Made by a program: the position numbers and the translations under genes. This document shows positions 1-10,789 of a stretch of 64,000 nt of DNA, piece after piece. The notes under the pieces were generated by a model. The model saw only the letters and a program-made list of their open reading frames with translations, had not been told where the DNA came from and ran no database searches. Source of the stretch: Lama glama (lineage: Eukaryota); the NCBI GenBank assembly GCA_028534125.1, contig CM052817.1, positions 7,938,001 to 8,002,000 on the forward strand, given 5' to 3'. Each line of letters begins with the position of its first letter. Within the stretch, counting starts at the first letter, position 1.

Positions 1-30
1 TCCTGAGAGAAAAATCCAAATCACGGCCTG
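1..30 (-). other. Candidate splice acceptor at the window edge; the next exon would start at position 2 and continue outside the window
   Basis: Minus strand reads GATTTGGATTTTTCTCTCAG|GA (pyrimidine tract plus CAG). Confidence 0.45.
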
Positions 31-300
31 AGCCACCTGCTCTGCTACAAAAACCTCATTTCTCAATGCTCAAAGATGCCAAATTCTAAAAGAAAAGCTC
101 CCAAAATAGGGCAAATCCTCAGTCAAGAAAAGAACATAAGATAGAAAAGACAAAGGCTGGGTTACGAAGCTTGAGATTGCAAATGGTTTAAACTTCTCCT
201 TCCTTCGCCAGTGCTTCATCTCCATTTTACACACAGGTAAAACAAAGCAAGAAAATGAATAAACCTGGACTGGACCCCTCACCAAAGGCAACTGTCTTAC

Positions 301-420
301 CACGTTCCACCAGGCAACTCATGAGACGTCTCTACCACGTGTTGGAGCAGAGAGAAACTGTACAACGTGAGGGCCAACCCATAGTATCTCCCCAACAGCC
401 GTACTAAACTGAGGTCAGAT
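301..420 (-). other. Candidate internal exon (120 nt) of the minus-strand gene
   Basis: Minus-strand acceptor GCCTGCAATCTTCAG| (AG at 422-421) and donor CGTG|GTAAGA (GT at 300-299). Contains ATGs but no recognisable protein. Confidence 0.45.
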
Positions 421-829
421 CTGAAGATTGCAGGCAAGTCGTCCCCGTGTCAGAAACCGAAGGGACCCGGGACACTGCCACGTCTCAGTACCTTTGGTGA
501 CACGGGGGGAAGCAGAGGCCCATGGAGCTGAGATGACGGTCGAGCCATCTTGGCTCCCTAGTACCAGAGCCAGGCCTGAATCCAAGCCCTTCCTGAGGGT
601 CCACGTGGCCCCCTTTTGGAAAAAGCTTCAGGTTGAGGGCTGGTTCCCAGCTGTGACCAAGTGCTGAGTGGCCTGGTAGCTCCCAGCGTCCCTCCTCTGA
701 GAAATGGGGAGGGTACTATTTACTGCCATGGGACGGTGGGAGCATTACCAGAGGAGCATCAACGTACGTCCCACAATAAACCGTTCACATCTCCGACACT
801 CCACCTTGTAAGGTCACCGAGAATCTACG

Positions 830-1400
830 CACGTGGGTCTCCTCGCCTGGCTCCTGCCGCAGACCCGCCAGCGCCCGGGCGGACCTGAGGGGACGCGGTC
901 GGCGCCCGGCCTGGCTTCCGTGGGCGCCTTCGCCCCGGAGACCCCGAGAGGACAGCGGACACAAAGGCTCAGCGCCCCAGCCCAACGCCGTTTTAGAGCC
1001 TCACGCTCCTTCTCTCTCACCTTCGCAGGGTAAAGTCCGCAGGAAGCAGCCCAGACGGCGCGGGGCAGGAGGAGCGGGAGACGCAGGCGGACGGTTTTTG
1101 GCGCCAAAGCCGAAGCGTAAATGAGGGCGCAAAGATGGGACTGCGCAGGCGTACGGCGTCGGTGTGCTTTACAAGTCGGACAGCAGGGAGGGTGCGACCA
1201 GAAAACGCGGTCCCCCAGGACACCTGTTTCACTCTAAGGAAGTTCCCTGTCTCAAGATGCTCCTCAGCAGAGGCCTGGGGCCGGGCGTCGTGACTGGGTC
1301 GCTTCTGGTAAAACTGCCCCAAGTGTTTAAACTCCTGGGAGCCGAGAGTGCCGACGGGTTGAGTCACCAGTCTGTAACGCTAGCGTTGGTGGCGCTGACT
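830..1400. promoter_or_regulatory. CpG island / promoter, probably of a minus-strand gene extending left of the window
   Basis: GC-rich and CpG-dense against a CpG-poor background. Palindromic E2F-type site TTTGGCGCCAAA at 1097-1108, NRF1-like TGCGCAGGCGT at 1142-1152, and a minus-strand splice donor at 1020. Confidence 0.85.
1021..1140 (-). other. Candidate non-coding first exon of an unidentified minus-strand gene
   Basis: Minus strand reads ...CCCTGCGAAG|GTGAGAG, a consensus 5' splice site at 1021/1020 inside the CpG island. The 5' end (TSS) is only estimated. Confidence 0.6.
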
Positions 1401-2420
1401 GTGACCATGGCCCACAGCTTCACCAGCAACGTCTCCTTCAGCTCTGGGGGTGAAGCCCTGTTCCTGATGCCTTCCGCGTCCTGCACTACAGGGGACAGAC
1501 TGTGAAAGGTGTCGCTTTCCCAGGCCTGCTGGTTGAGCTTTCACCACTGAAGCCCCTGGCTGTAGTCACTCTGCTCCAGGCCTCCCACATGCCTGCTGTG
1601 ATGGTGGGAGTGTTACCGAGTCCAAACTCGTTCTGCTCCCCGCAGGACAGGCCAGTAAATCCGGAGACCTGTTGGGGCAAGGAATAGCGACTTTATTCAG
1701 AAAGACAGCGGACCGAGAGGATGGCAGACTAACCTCTTGGAGAACCATCCTATTCTAGTCTTTTATACAAAAAACAGGGGAGGGGGTGTGGTTGATTGTT
1801 GCAAACTTCTTGCTGTAGGAATTCTTTGTTCCTCCAGCTGTCCATGTGGGTCAGGTCATGGTGTCCCTGTAAACCTCCACAAAACAAAGGTTATTTCCTA
1901 TTCTGCAACTTGTTATCTTTACATAAGTGCAGAAGTATTAACATCCTTAAAGATCAGAGCCTTGAGAACAGTCTCTCCCTTACATTTCAGGCTAAAGGCA
2001 ACATTGTTTGACAAAAGGTGCAGAGCTAGCAAGACTAAGCCCAGAAACAGGGCACAGTGGTAAAAACCAAAGAAACAGATCCAATGTAGTCAGATTTGTT
2101 CTCCTGTATTACAGGAGGGCTGCTCCAGGCAGCCACCAACTATCCCAAAGGGTACATGGGCCAGCTCTCAACAATCACATTCTATCTACTCTGTGGGGGC
2201 TCCCTGGCCAGAATCTTCACCTCCATGCAGGAAACTGGAGACCCCCTCATGGCTGGAACCTTTGCAGTCTCTTCCCTCTGCAATGGCCTTATCGCTGCTC
2301 AGCTCCTCCACTACCCCACAAGAAGACAAAGGAGCAGTAAAACTGAGCTGGCTACTGGAAGTACATTCCAGTGCTGCCATTCATCCACTGAACCTCAGGG
2401 TCCTTCTCACCTGAACCAGC
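1242..2420 (+). pseudogene. MPDU1: Processed pseudogene of MPDU1 (mannose-P-dolichol utilization defect 1, PQ-loop protein); 5'-truncated, frameshifted and split by a solo LTR at 1611-2113
   Basis: Translations [45 protein letters not shown]...[19 protein letters not shown]...[16 protein letters not shown] and [63 protein letters not shown]...PHKKTKEQ* (stop 2338-2340) match MPDU1 without introns. Short deletions or frameshifts near 1470, 1520 and 2314. About 34 N-terminal codons are missing. 3'UTR-like sequence follows the stop. Confidence 0.95.
1611..2113 (-). mobile_element. Solo LTR, ERV1-type (possibly MER41-related), inserted in the MPDU1 retrocopy
   Basis: TG...CA termini and 4-bp TSD GGAG (1607-1610 and 2114-2117). 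Removing it restores in-frame ATG GTG GGA GGG CTG CTC CAG. Minus-strand TATAAAA at 1767-1761 and AATAAA at 1697-1692. Alignable to the LTR at 30431-30928. Confidence 0.92.
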
Positions 2421-3550
2421 CCCACACATCTGGTGTCAGAAGTGTTGTGAGTATGGTAGTTGGTGTGAGTGAGACATACATGGAAGGAAGACTGAGTTTT
2501 TCCCAACACACACAAAATTATGTTGGTCTGCTCATGAGTATATTTGCCCCACTAGACTAAGACAGTGTCAGAGAAAGACCTATACCTTGTTCCTTTTTGT
2601 GTCCCTGTGTCTGCACAGGGGCAGTCAAATATTTGAGGACTGAATACTCAATTAAATGACATGTGTAACTTGTCTAGCACGGGGTCTGGTACTTAGAAAT
2701 CAGTCCGGATGTCTCCCAGTTCTCCTTCAAATCTATCTTAAGACCCATTGCTCTTTGCATTGTATTATTCTGATACCCAGCTGGGAAAGTCTACCTGTAT
2801 AATTGGCCAGGACCTCTTTTAACAGTGCAAGAAGTTTATATTTAATTAGGTTTATATTTAATAGTCTAGAATGAAATAAGCACTTAATATAGACAAATCT
2901 AGCATCTTCTTTTAAATAGAGTAATCTAATTTATGTGTTTTGAAATTATGTAACATTTATTTTCTATCTTAACAGCAATAAACAATCATTGCCCCCTTCC
3001 CACTCACCCCCCACCCCCACCCAGGGTTCTTTCCTGCTCCAGCTTTCCATGTCTGCTCTGCCCCTCCTTCAGTCCAACTCCAATACCACCTTAAAGATTC
3101 CAGGTAAGCTGCTCACCTAAATCCTCCAGGTCAAATGGATTTTCACTGAGTTTCTATAGGAGTTTTATGCCCACCACTCTCCCACACCTTTATACATACA
3201 TTATGCCTTTCTTTAGATCCTACTCAAGTCCATTCATGTAATTCTCATCAATCAAGCCAGCTGCTAACTTTCTCCAGGTCAAAGAAGTTCCTTCCTTCCC
3301 TTCTTTTAATTCCCTGGGCTCAGAATAGCAAATTGCTTCCATCCTATGAAACAGCTCTGCTCAAGGAGTTACCTGGGACTCCAAGGTGAAAAAATCCAGG
3401 CTTAGCAGGAAAATGAAATGAAATTTGTGTCTTGACTCTCCCTAAATGGTGTATGGCCTAGAACTGAATACACAGCTCATGATTCAAATATTAAACCTAG
3501 ACTTACTATAGCCTCCAAGTCTAGGAGACAGCCCTTACATCCTCCCTTCA

Positions 3551-3561
3551 ACAGACAGACA

Positions 3562-3594
<33 letters not shown>
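3551..3594. repeat. (ACAG)3(AC)16 microsatellite
   Basis: Read directly from the sequence. Confidence 0.95.
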
Positions 3595-3597
<3 letters not shown>

Positions 3598-4559
3598 TGG
3601 CCTCAGAATTGGTTCATCCTACAAAAAGATGGCCCCCCAAATTTAATCTCTTGTTTTACAGATTAAGAAACTGAGATAGAGAACCCTTAAATAGATGGCA
3701 AATACATCGAGCTGGAACCAGAAGTCCAGAATATAACCCTTGGTCATTATCCCTCAGCAGCCCAGTTAGAAGCAATATTCAAAAGAGGGGTGGGGAGAAG
3801 CTAATAGAATCAGTAGTACCTGGTCTTTAGTTAACTGCACAAAACTTGGGAGCTTAAAAAAATCATGAGGCTTTTTTTTTCCCCTTTAGAGCAACATGGC
3901 AAGACTATCATTTGGGAGACTCGAGCCCCTCAGAGCTTCTCCTCTTACCAGGCCAGTGTTCTAACAGTCTCCCCTCTTTATCCTGACCATGAACGCCTTG
4001 ATCAGCATTGCACCAGGAGAAAAAACAAGCAAGGAGAGAAAAGAGCAGGAAAACACATGCTTCTGCAAGTAGAAATTTAAGCTGCTCTGAGTGTGTGCTA
4101 AGTGAGTGAGCCCAGTGACAGCCCCAGGATCAGAGTCTGGGACGCCTCGTGGCTCCATCCCAGACCCTGGGGCCAGCGGACGCTGCGCACATCCAGCCCA
4201 AATCACACGGTGCTTCGTTCTCTGGGTGAGACGTTCTGTCTCTCCACGATGAAGTGCTTGCTCTCCGGGGAGCTCCTGGCTCTGCCCTGCGCATAACTAG
4301 ATACGCTCAGATTCTGTTTCCCCGTTTTGCTGGTGCAACACTTTTGACATTAACTCTGAGAAATGAGTATATGTAAAACTAGATGCAAGACAAATTATTT
4401 CCTAAAGAATAACTTAAATGAAACACTGTCCTAAATGAAGGCACTTCTAAATATTTCTGGATTCTTTCTTTGACTCCAAAGGACAAAAGGGATTAACTCT
4501 AGCTACCCTAAATGGAGTTACACAAGATGCCCAATTAATGGGTGAATTAAAACTAAACA

Positions 4560-4955
4560 CAGTTACTATTTATTGAGCTCAGTTCCAGGCACCGTGTCAA
4601 GAAATTTACCAACATCTTTATATTTCATCTTCATGACAATTCTATGAGACAATTCTTCTTGCCCTCATTTCACAGATGAGGGGACAGACTGAGGCAGGTG
4701 AGTGATTTGCCCCTGGTCACACACCAACACTAGACCAGGTAAGGAATGAGAAGCACCTAAGTGCACAATTTAAGGAGGCACCCACTCTCAGGGCTATACA
4801 AGGGCAAGGCCATCACCGGAGTGTGAATGCCACCTTAAATTTACATCCTAGGAGCCTCCCTTGCCTCACCCTAACCATGTCACAGGTGAGCAACACAGCA
4901 GTAGTACACCTGGGATTCAGACTCAGATCTACCTGGTCCAAAGCCCTCGCTCACA
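4560..4955 (-). mobile_element. MIR SINE interrupted by a MER96-like element
   Basis: MIR core CCCTCATTTCACAGATGAGG...TTGCCCCTGGTCACAC, resuming after about 4885 with CTGGGATTCAGACTCAGATCT. Confidence 0.65.
4728..4880. mobile_element. Palindromic non-autonomous DNA transposon, MER96-like (hAT)
   Basis: Imperfect inverted arms AATTTAAGGAGGCACCCAC (4767-4785) and GTGAATGCCACCTTAAATT (4823-4841), plus TTGCCTCACCCTA. Related to the copy at about 41830-42000. Confidence 0.7.
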
Positions 4956-6134
4956 CCACCCATCCTGTCGTAGAGATAAGCAACTCTACCCATGATATTT
5001 TGTTTCAAATCACAAGTCCCTGCACAAGCATCCTTGAGAGCTGAGATCACAGAAGGACAGCTTCAGCCGCAGGAACCCAGCAGACTGGCACGGGGGTGTG
5101 GCAGGTTCAGACCTACACCAACCCTCAGTCATGCTGTAATCACAGGGTAACCCGATATCCTAAAAGGAAAAACTATTTTGTAAATATCCTCAATATGAAA
5201 CACGAGAGTACAGAAATCTGCCCTATTTTAAACCTAAGTTAGTGATCAATTTGTTCTGAGACACAGAATACAGTGCATATTTTTCATCAATGTAAAAACC
5301 AAAACCAAAGTTCTGATTAAATCCCATGGCCAATTCCCCAGCCTAGGCTCTACCCTGCTCATGGCTGAAGCCATAAAACTTCTAATTGCTCACCAGGGGT
5401 AGAATAAAACACATTTCTTGAGGGCGAGAGCAGAAAGCTTGACTGCCATGAAGCTCACCATCCCGTCTGTGGGCTGGAAAGGGGAGGAGAGCTCAGGCTT
5501 TTGCCTTGTGGACAGCACTCTTTCCTGACCTCTTTTTGGCAGGGAGGATGTGTGGGAATTCTACAATGTCTGCGTTTGTCAAAATTACCCCCAATTATGA
5601 GAGATATTACTCCAAATGACTCTTTTCCCTTGCCAGCCACAATTACCCATTGTAATTTTCATTTTCATCTGAAAAGCATTTTTTACCAAAAATAAAATTG
5701 TATATTTAGTTTGAAAATGGGTATCAGCCAGGTGTTGGACATGTGACCTACCAGTCATAGCTAAGTTGGTCTAAGATTCACCCATCAGAAGCCACCAAGC
5801 TTAACTGAAGGTGGTAAGAGGTTGTGGGGACATAGCTAATAGGGGGAGTGAGAGGGAACAAAAGTTTTGATACACCACACAATAGAGAAAGGTTTCTAAT
5901 AGCAAAATACCAAAAATTCAGCCTGGCAAAACTGATGGAAGGTTGGATCTTAAATTTCTAATGCTCTTTTAGCATAGTTCCAGAAAACGATGAAATCATG
6001 TTATTTCAATTAGAGTTTCCATCCCAGGCCTTGTATTTCCATCTTCCCCAGCAAAGGAACAGAGAATGGTGGAACTTGCCCTGTGTGTAAAGTGATGCTG
6101 TGTCACTTTAATGCTTAAAGATTTGTTAGAGCCT

Positions 6135-6272
6135 TGAAGCTTCTGGCATCTCCTGGGAGCTGGTTAGAAATGCAGACCCTCAGTCCTTGCTCCAGACCTA
6201 CTAAATCAGAGACTGCATTTTAACAAGATCCCCAGGTGGTTCGTGGGCATATTAAGGTCAGAGAAGCACTGT
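6135..6272. mobile_element. MER5A-like hAT-Charlie DNA transposon
   Basis: GCATCTCCTGGGAGCTGGTTAGAAATGCAGA...CCAGACCTACTAAATCAGAGACTGCATTTTAACAAGATCCCCAGGTG...AGAAGCACTG matches the recalled MER5A consensus. Confidence 0.85.
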
Positions 6273-6339
6273 GTTAACTCCAACTATGATTAGGAATGAA
6301 GAGCAAAGGGATAATAAATTCACCATTCCCACTGATGGA

Positions 6340-6545
6340 GTGATGAAGATGCTCTGAGCACCATGCTCCTGCCCCGCTCTTCTCCACTTGCGATCATTTA
6401 CGCTCTATGGCAACCCGGAAAGGAAGGCATTATCCCCATTTTACAGATGAGAACGTTGACACTCAGGAAACTTAAATAACTTCTCAAAGGTCACTAATAA
6501 ATGGCAGAGCCGAGATTCTTTCTCAGGTCTCTCTGGTACCAAAAC
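6340..6545 (-). mobile_element. MIR SINE
   Basis: Core ATTATCCCCATTTTACAGATGAGAA...AAGGTCAC...ATGGCAGAGCCGAGATTC. Confidence 0.75.
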
Positions 6546-6734
6546 CAGTGTCTGGTACCAAACCCAATCTTTGGGTGTGGTTCAGGATACTCTTGTGATA
6601 AAGAATCCACAAACTTGCTAGAATTACTGAGATTCCATGATGTGATTCTTGGGCCCAAGGATGAAATGCCACATCTCTTTAGGCCATTCTGAAATCTTTC
6701 CCGTGGGAATAAAATCCTCTTCAAAACGACACTA

Positions 6735-7113
6735 AAGGTTACTACAAGATATTGAATATAGTTCCCTATGCTATACAGAAGAAACTTGTTTTTTTAATCT
6801 ATTTTTATATATAATGGCTAATATTTGCAAATCTCAAATGCCCAAATTTATCCCTTCCCACTTCCTTTCCCCAGTAACCATAAGATTGTTTATTATGTCT
6901 GTGAGTCTGTTTCTGTTTTGTAGATGAGTTCATATATTGAACTATATTCAGTATCTTGTAATAACCTTTAATGAAAAAGAATATGAAAGTGAATATATAT
7001 ATGTATATGCATGACTGGGATATTGTGCTGTACACCAGAAGTTGACACATTGTAACTGACTGTACTTCAGTAAAAAAATTAAAATAATAACAAGATGAAA
7101 AACAAACAAACAA
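6735..7113 (+). mobile_element. 5'-truncated L1 3' end with a 5' inversion (twin priming)
   Basis: About 6735-6935 is L1 3'UTR in antisense and 6939-7113 is L1 3'UTR in sense, ending in an A-rich tail. Flanked by TSD AAAACGACACTA (6723-6734) and AAAACTACACTA (7114-7125). Confidence 0.9.
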
Positions 7114-7407
7114 AAAACTACACTAGACATGAATACTCTTTGTAATTAAACATGAAAAAAACTGCTTGCCTTCCCTCCAAATCACACACTATAAATGTAA
7201 CCAAGAGCTTGTAAATTATTAAATAAAACTTCATGGAGAAAGATCACTCCAGTGTACCAGCCCACAAAAAAGTGTCTTTTGCAGCATCCCAGTAATCAGT
7301 GAGGTCAGAATTAGTATCATTGATAAGTTCTCTTATCACTGGTAAGTAGAGCTGATAAGCTCTCAGACCATGAGCTCCCCAGGGCAATGAAAATATATAT
7401 ATTTTTC

Positions 7408-8190
7408 AATCCTTTATTTTTTCTGGTCAGTTTTAAATTTATAAGAAAATTGAGAGGAAGGTACAGAGATTTCCCATAAATCTCTCCACCCCCACACACT
7501 TACAGCCTCTCCCATCATCAACATCCCCCACCAGAGTGGTTCCTTTGCCGCCGCTAATGCACCTACATTGACACATCACAATCACCTCAAATCCATAGTT
7601 TATATTAGAGTTCACTCTTGGTGCTGTACATTCTATGGGTTTGGACAAATGGATACTGACACGTATCCACCATTATACCACTATCACATTCAGTGCCCTG
7701 AAAATCTCCTGTGTTCTCTCTATTCACCATCCTTCCCCCAAGCCCTGACAATCACTGTTGTTTTTTTTTAACTTGTCACCATACTTTTGCCTTTTCCAGA
7801 ATGTCATATAGTTAGAATCATACAGTATGTGTAGCCTTTTTGGATTAATTCTTTCACTTAGTCATAAGCATTAAAGGTTCTTCCACTTCTTTTCATGGTT
7901 TCATAGCTCATTTCTTTGCAACATTGAATAGTATTCCATTATCTGAATGTACCACAGTTTATCCACTCACCTACCAAAGAACATCTAGGTTGCTTCCAAG
8001 GTTTGGCAATTATAAATAAAGCTTCTATAAACATCAGTGTGCCAGTTTTTGTGTGGACAAACGTTTTCAGCACTTTTGGGTAAATGTGAAGGACCATTAT
8101 TTCTCGATTGTACGGTAGAATTATGCTTAGTTTGAAACAAACCACCAAACTCTCTTCCAAAACAGCTGTACTGCTTTGCATTCCCATGAA
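7408..8190 (-). mobile_element. Old L1 (L1M-type) 3' end: ORF2 C-terminus and 3'UTR
   Basis: Minus translation ...IYPKVLKTFVHTKTGTLMFIEALFIIAKPWKQPRCSLVGEWIN matches the L1 ORF2 C-terminus; L1M-like 3'UTR follows. Confidence 0.85.
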
Positions 8191-9169
8191 GATATCTTTT
8201 TTCATTTTATACCCCTACTTTCTTATACCATAGCATAGAGTCAGCACACAGCAGTTGTCCAATAAAAATTTATGGATTAATGAAATAATGAATGCCTTAT
8301 ATACTTTTTTCAATCATTATGCATTCATTTATTCAGCAAATATTAATGAAGCACCAATAAATTCACACATTATGTTAGGTATTAGAAACACAGAAGAGAA
8401 AAGACACTGGGCTTAATTTCATATGTTTTCTAATACTCAGAAGAGGCACAGGTTTTAGATCATCCAGATCAAGGGATGCACCATCTCAGCCTCTACAGGT
8501 CTGTTCCATCAGCTACAGAATGCAGAGAACTAGAGTTACTGTTCAGGGTGGTTGGGTTAACTAAGATGATGCATGTTGAATGGCAATCACTGCTTATCAC
8601 ATATAAGCTCAAAAGTAGTAGCTATAATCATTGATATCATTTGTTTATAGTAAGTGATTTTTAATCTTTTAAACCTTTACAAGAATGGATATAAGTCCAT
8701 AGCCTTCACAAACCCATTTTCTTTTTAAGGTGAAGTTGGTTTCATAGTGATCCTCTTTGAGGAGAATAATGGTTTAGGAACTCCAAGAAGGATCAGACAT
8801 CTTAAATGTCACCCAATGATCCAACAGCAAAGAAGCCTTGGGGGAACCCAGTGCCAGGCTAAGTGGGGAGGGGGAAGCATCTCGCCTTTGCTGCTGGCAG
8901 AGCCTCATGCTGTAGGCAGGCCTTCAGCAGCAGATCAAGTGATCCTTGTGTAGGTCTTCCAGATCCCAGAGAAATAAAACACAGTTTACTATGACATTAT
9001 CATGGTAGGGGAGGGAGTCTTTTTCCAATGGTTACTGGATGTGACCCTGTCACTGGACACCTTACCAGACATATCTGAAATGGGAAACTAGCTAAGTCAC
9101 TTACTGACAGTTCTGCTATCTTCTTTCTATAGCTTCCTCAACAAAAATCAAGTAAAAACGACTTAACTT

Positions 9170-9863
9170 CAATCCAGCAATCCTACTCCTGGGCATATAT
9201 CTGGAGAAAACTGTAATTCAAAATGACACATGCACCTTAATATTCATAACAGCACTATTTACAATAGCCAAGACATGTAAACAACCTAAATTTCCATCAA
9301 CAGATGACTTGATAAAGAAGATGTGGTATATTTATACAATGGAATATTACTCAGCCATAAAAAAGAATGAAATAATGTCATTTACAGCAACATGGATGGA
9401 TGTAGAGATTATCATATGGAGTGAAGTAAGTCAGACAAAGACAAATATCATATGATATCACTTATATGTAGAATCTTAAAAAAAAGATACAAATTCTATT
9501 TACAAATCAAAAACAGACTCATGGACATAGAAAACAAACTATGGTTACCAAAGGGGAAAGGGCAGGGAGAGATAAATTAGGGGCTGGGGATTAACAGACA
9601 CACTATACTATATATAAAATAGATGAAAAACAAGGACCTACTGTAGAGCATAGGAAACTATATTCAATTTCTTGTAGTAACATATAATGGAAAAGAACTT
9701 GATAAGAAAAAATATATATGTGTGTGTGTATGTATGTGTGTGTGCATATGTGTGTGTGTGTGTGTGTATATACATATATATATATATATAATTGAATCAC
9801 TTTGCTCTACACTTGAAACTAACAGTGTGAATCAACTATACATCAATAAAAAATAAAAAAAAA
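9170..9863 (+). mobile_element. L1 3' end (ORF2 end, 3'UTR, poly-A) with an internal (TG)/(TA) microsatellite
   Basis: AATCCAGCAATCCTACTCCTGGGCATATAT...TACAATGGAATATTACTCAGCCATAAAAAAGAATG...CAATAAAAAATAAAAAAAAAA. Confidence 0.92.
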
Positions 9864-10074
9864 AGCAGCCACCAGGAATTGGTCTCAGCCCTCCCCTGGC
9901 ATGATCTTCAGATGTGTATATGCTAAACCCTGTGCACCTCCTACCAACCCAGGCGGCCGGGCATCTCTCTGCCTTATGAATATTCACTTTTACAGGGCTC
10001 CCCAAAAGCAAGTTCCAAGAGGCTCTGATGGTGTCTTTTTGAATCAATGTTCAAACAAACCGAGATGTTTCCTT

Positions 10075-10250
10075 GCACTTGTTAAGAGTATGGCCTCTGG
10101 AGTCAAACTGGCTGTAACCCTCATGAGTTGTGTGACCTTGCACAAATTATCTACCTCTCTGTGCCTCAGTTTCACCATCTGTAAAATGAGGATAATAACA
10201 TTATCTAATAATAGCATGACTTTCAAGAAGTTAAAAAACATGGCACAGAT
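10075..10250 (+). mobile_element. MIR SINE
   Basis: TGTGTGACCTTGCACAAATTATCTACCTCTCTGTGCCTCAGTTTCACCATCTGTAAAATGAGGATAATAA. Confidence 0.85.
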
Positions 10251-10564
10251 GTACAGCTGTCAAAGCTTTTTCTAACTCCTTAAAGCAAGGGGCCGAAAGA
10301 TTGGTAGAAATGGTTCAAAGAACATTTGAAGAACTGAGATTTTTGTAGGCACTAGAGAAAGAATATTGGAGTAAGATTGACAGATTAGATGTAAAACAAA
10401 CTGGTTAATGTCCTACAGGCAATAAATCTGTAACCTTTGAAGTTAACTTTTTCATTAGAAAGCGTTTGCATCTCTACCAGACAAAACATCTATGTTGACA
10501 GGTAGCTTGAAGAGTCTGTCTGGGCCCTATTCAATAATAGTCAGTGGAACAAATGTTCCCCTCT

Positions 10565-10778
10565 AGAGCTGCACCACCAAATACAGTAGCCACTAGCCTC
10601 ACACGGCTATATGTAAATTCAGGTTAATTAAAGGTACATTAAATTAAAAATCCACTTTCTCAGTAGTCACATATTAAGTGTTCAGTTGCTGGGGGTAGCT
10701 GGTGGCTGCCGAATGGGAGAGGGCAGAGTAGACATCTCCATCATATCTGCACCCTCCTGGGGGGTGGCACTGCTAGAG
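10565..10778. mobile_element. MER3-like hAT-Charlie DNA transposon
   Basis: ATACAGTAGCCACTAGCC...AAATTAAAAATCCACTTTCTCAGT...GTAGCTGGTGGCTGCC...GACATCTCCATCAT. Confidence 0.7.
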
Positions 10779-10789
10779 AACTCTAGGGA

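Noticed and set aside
1164..2560. ORFs 1164-1505, 1502-1687 and 2096-2560 as a functional MPDU1 gene
   Set aside because: The N-terminus is missing, there are frameshifting deletions and an LTR insertion, and the native introns are absent. It is a processed pseudogene.
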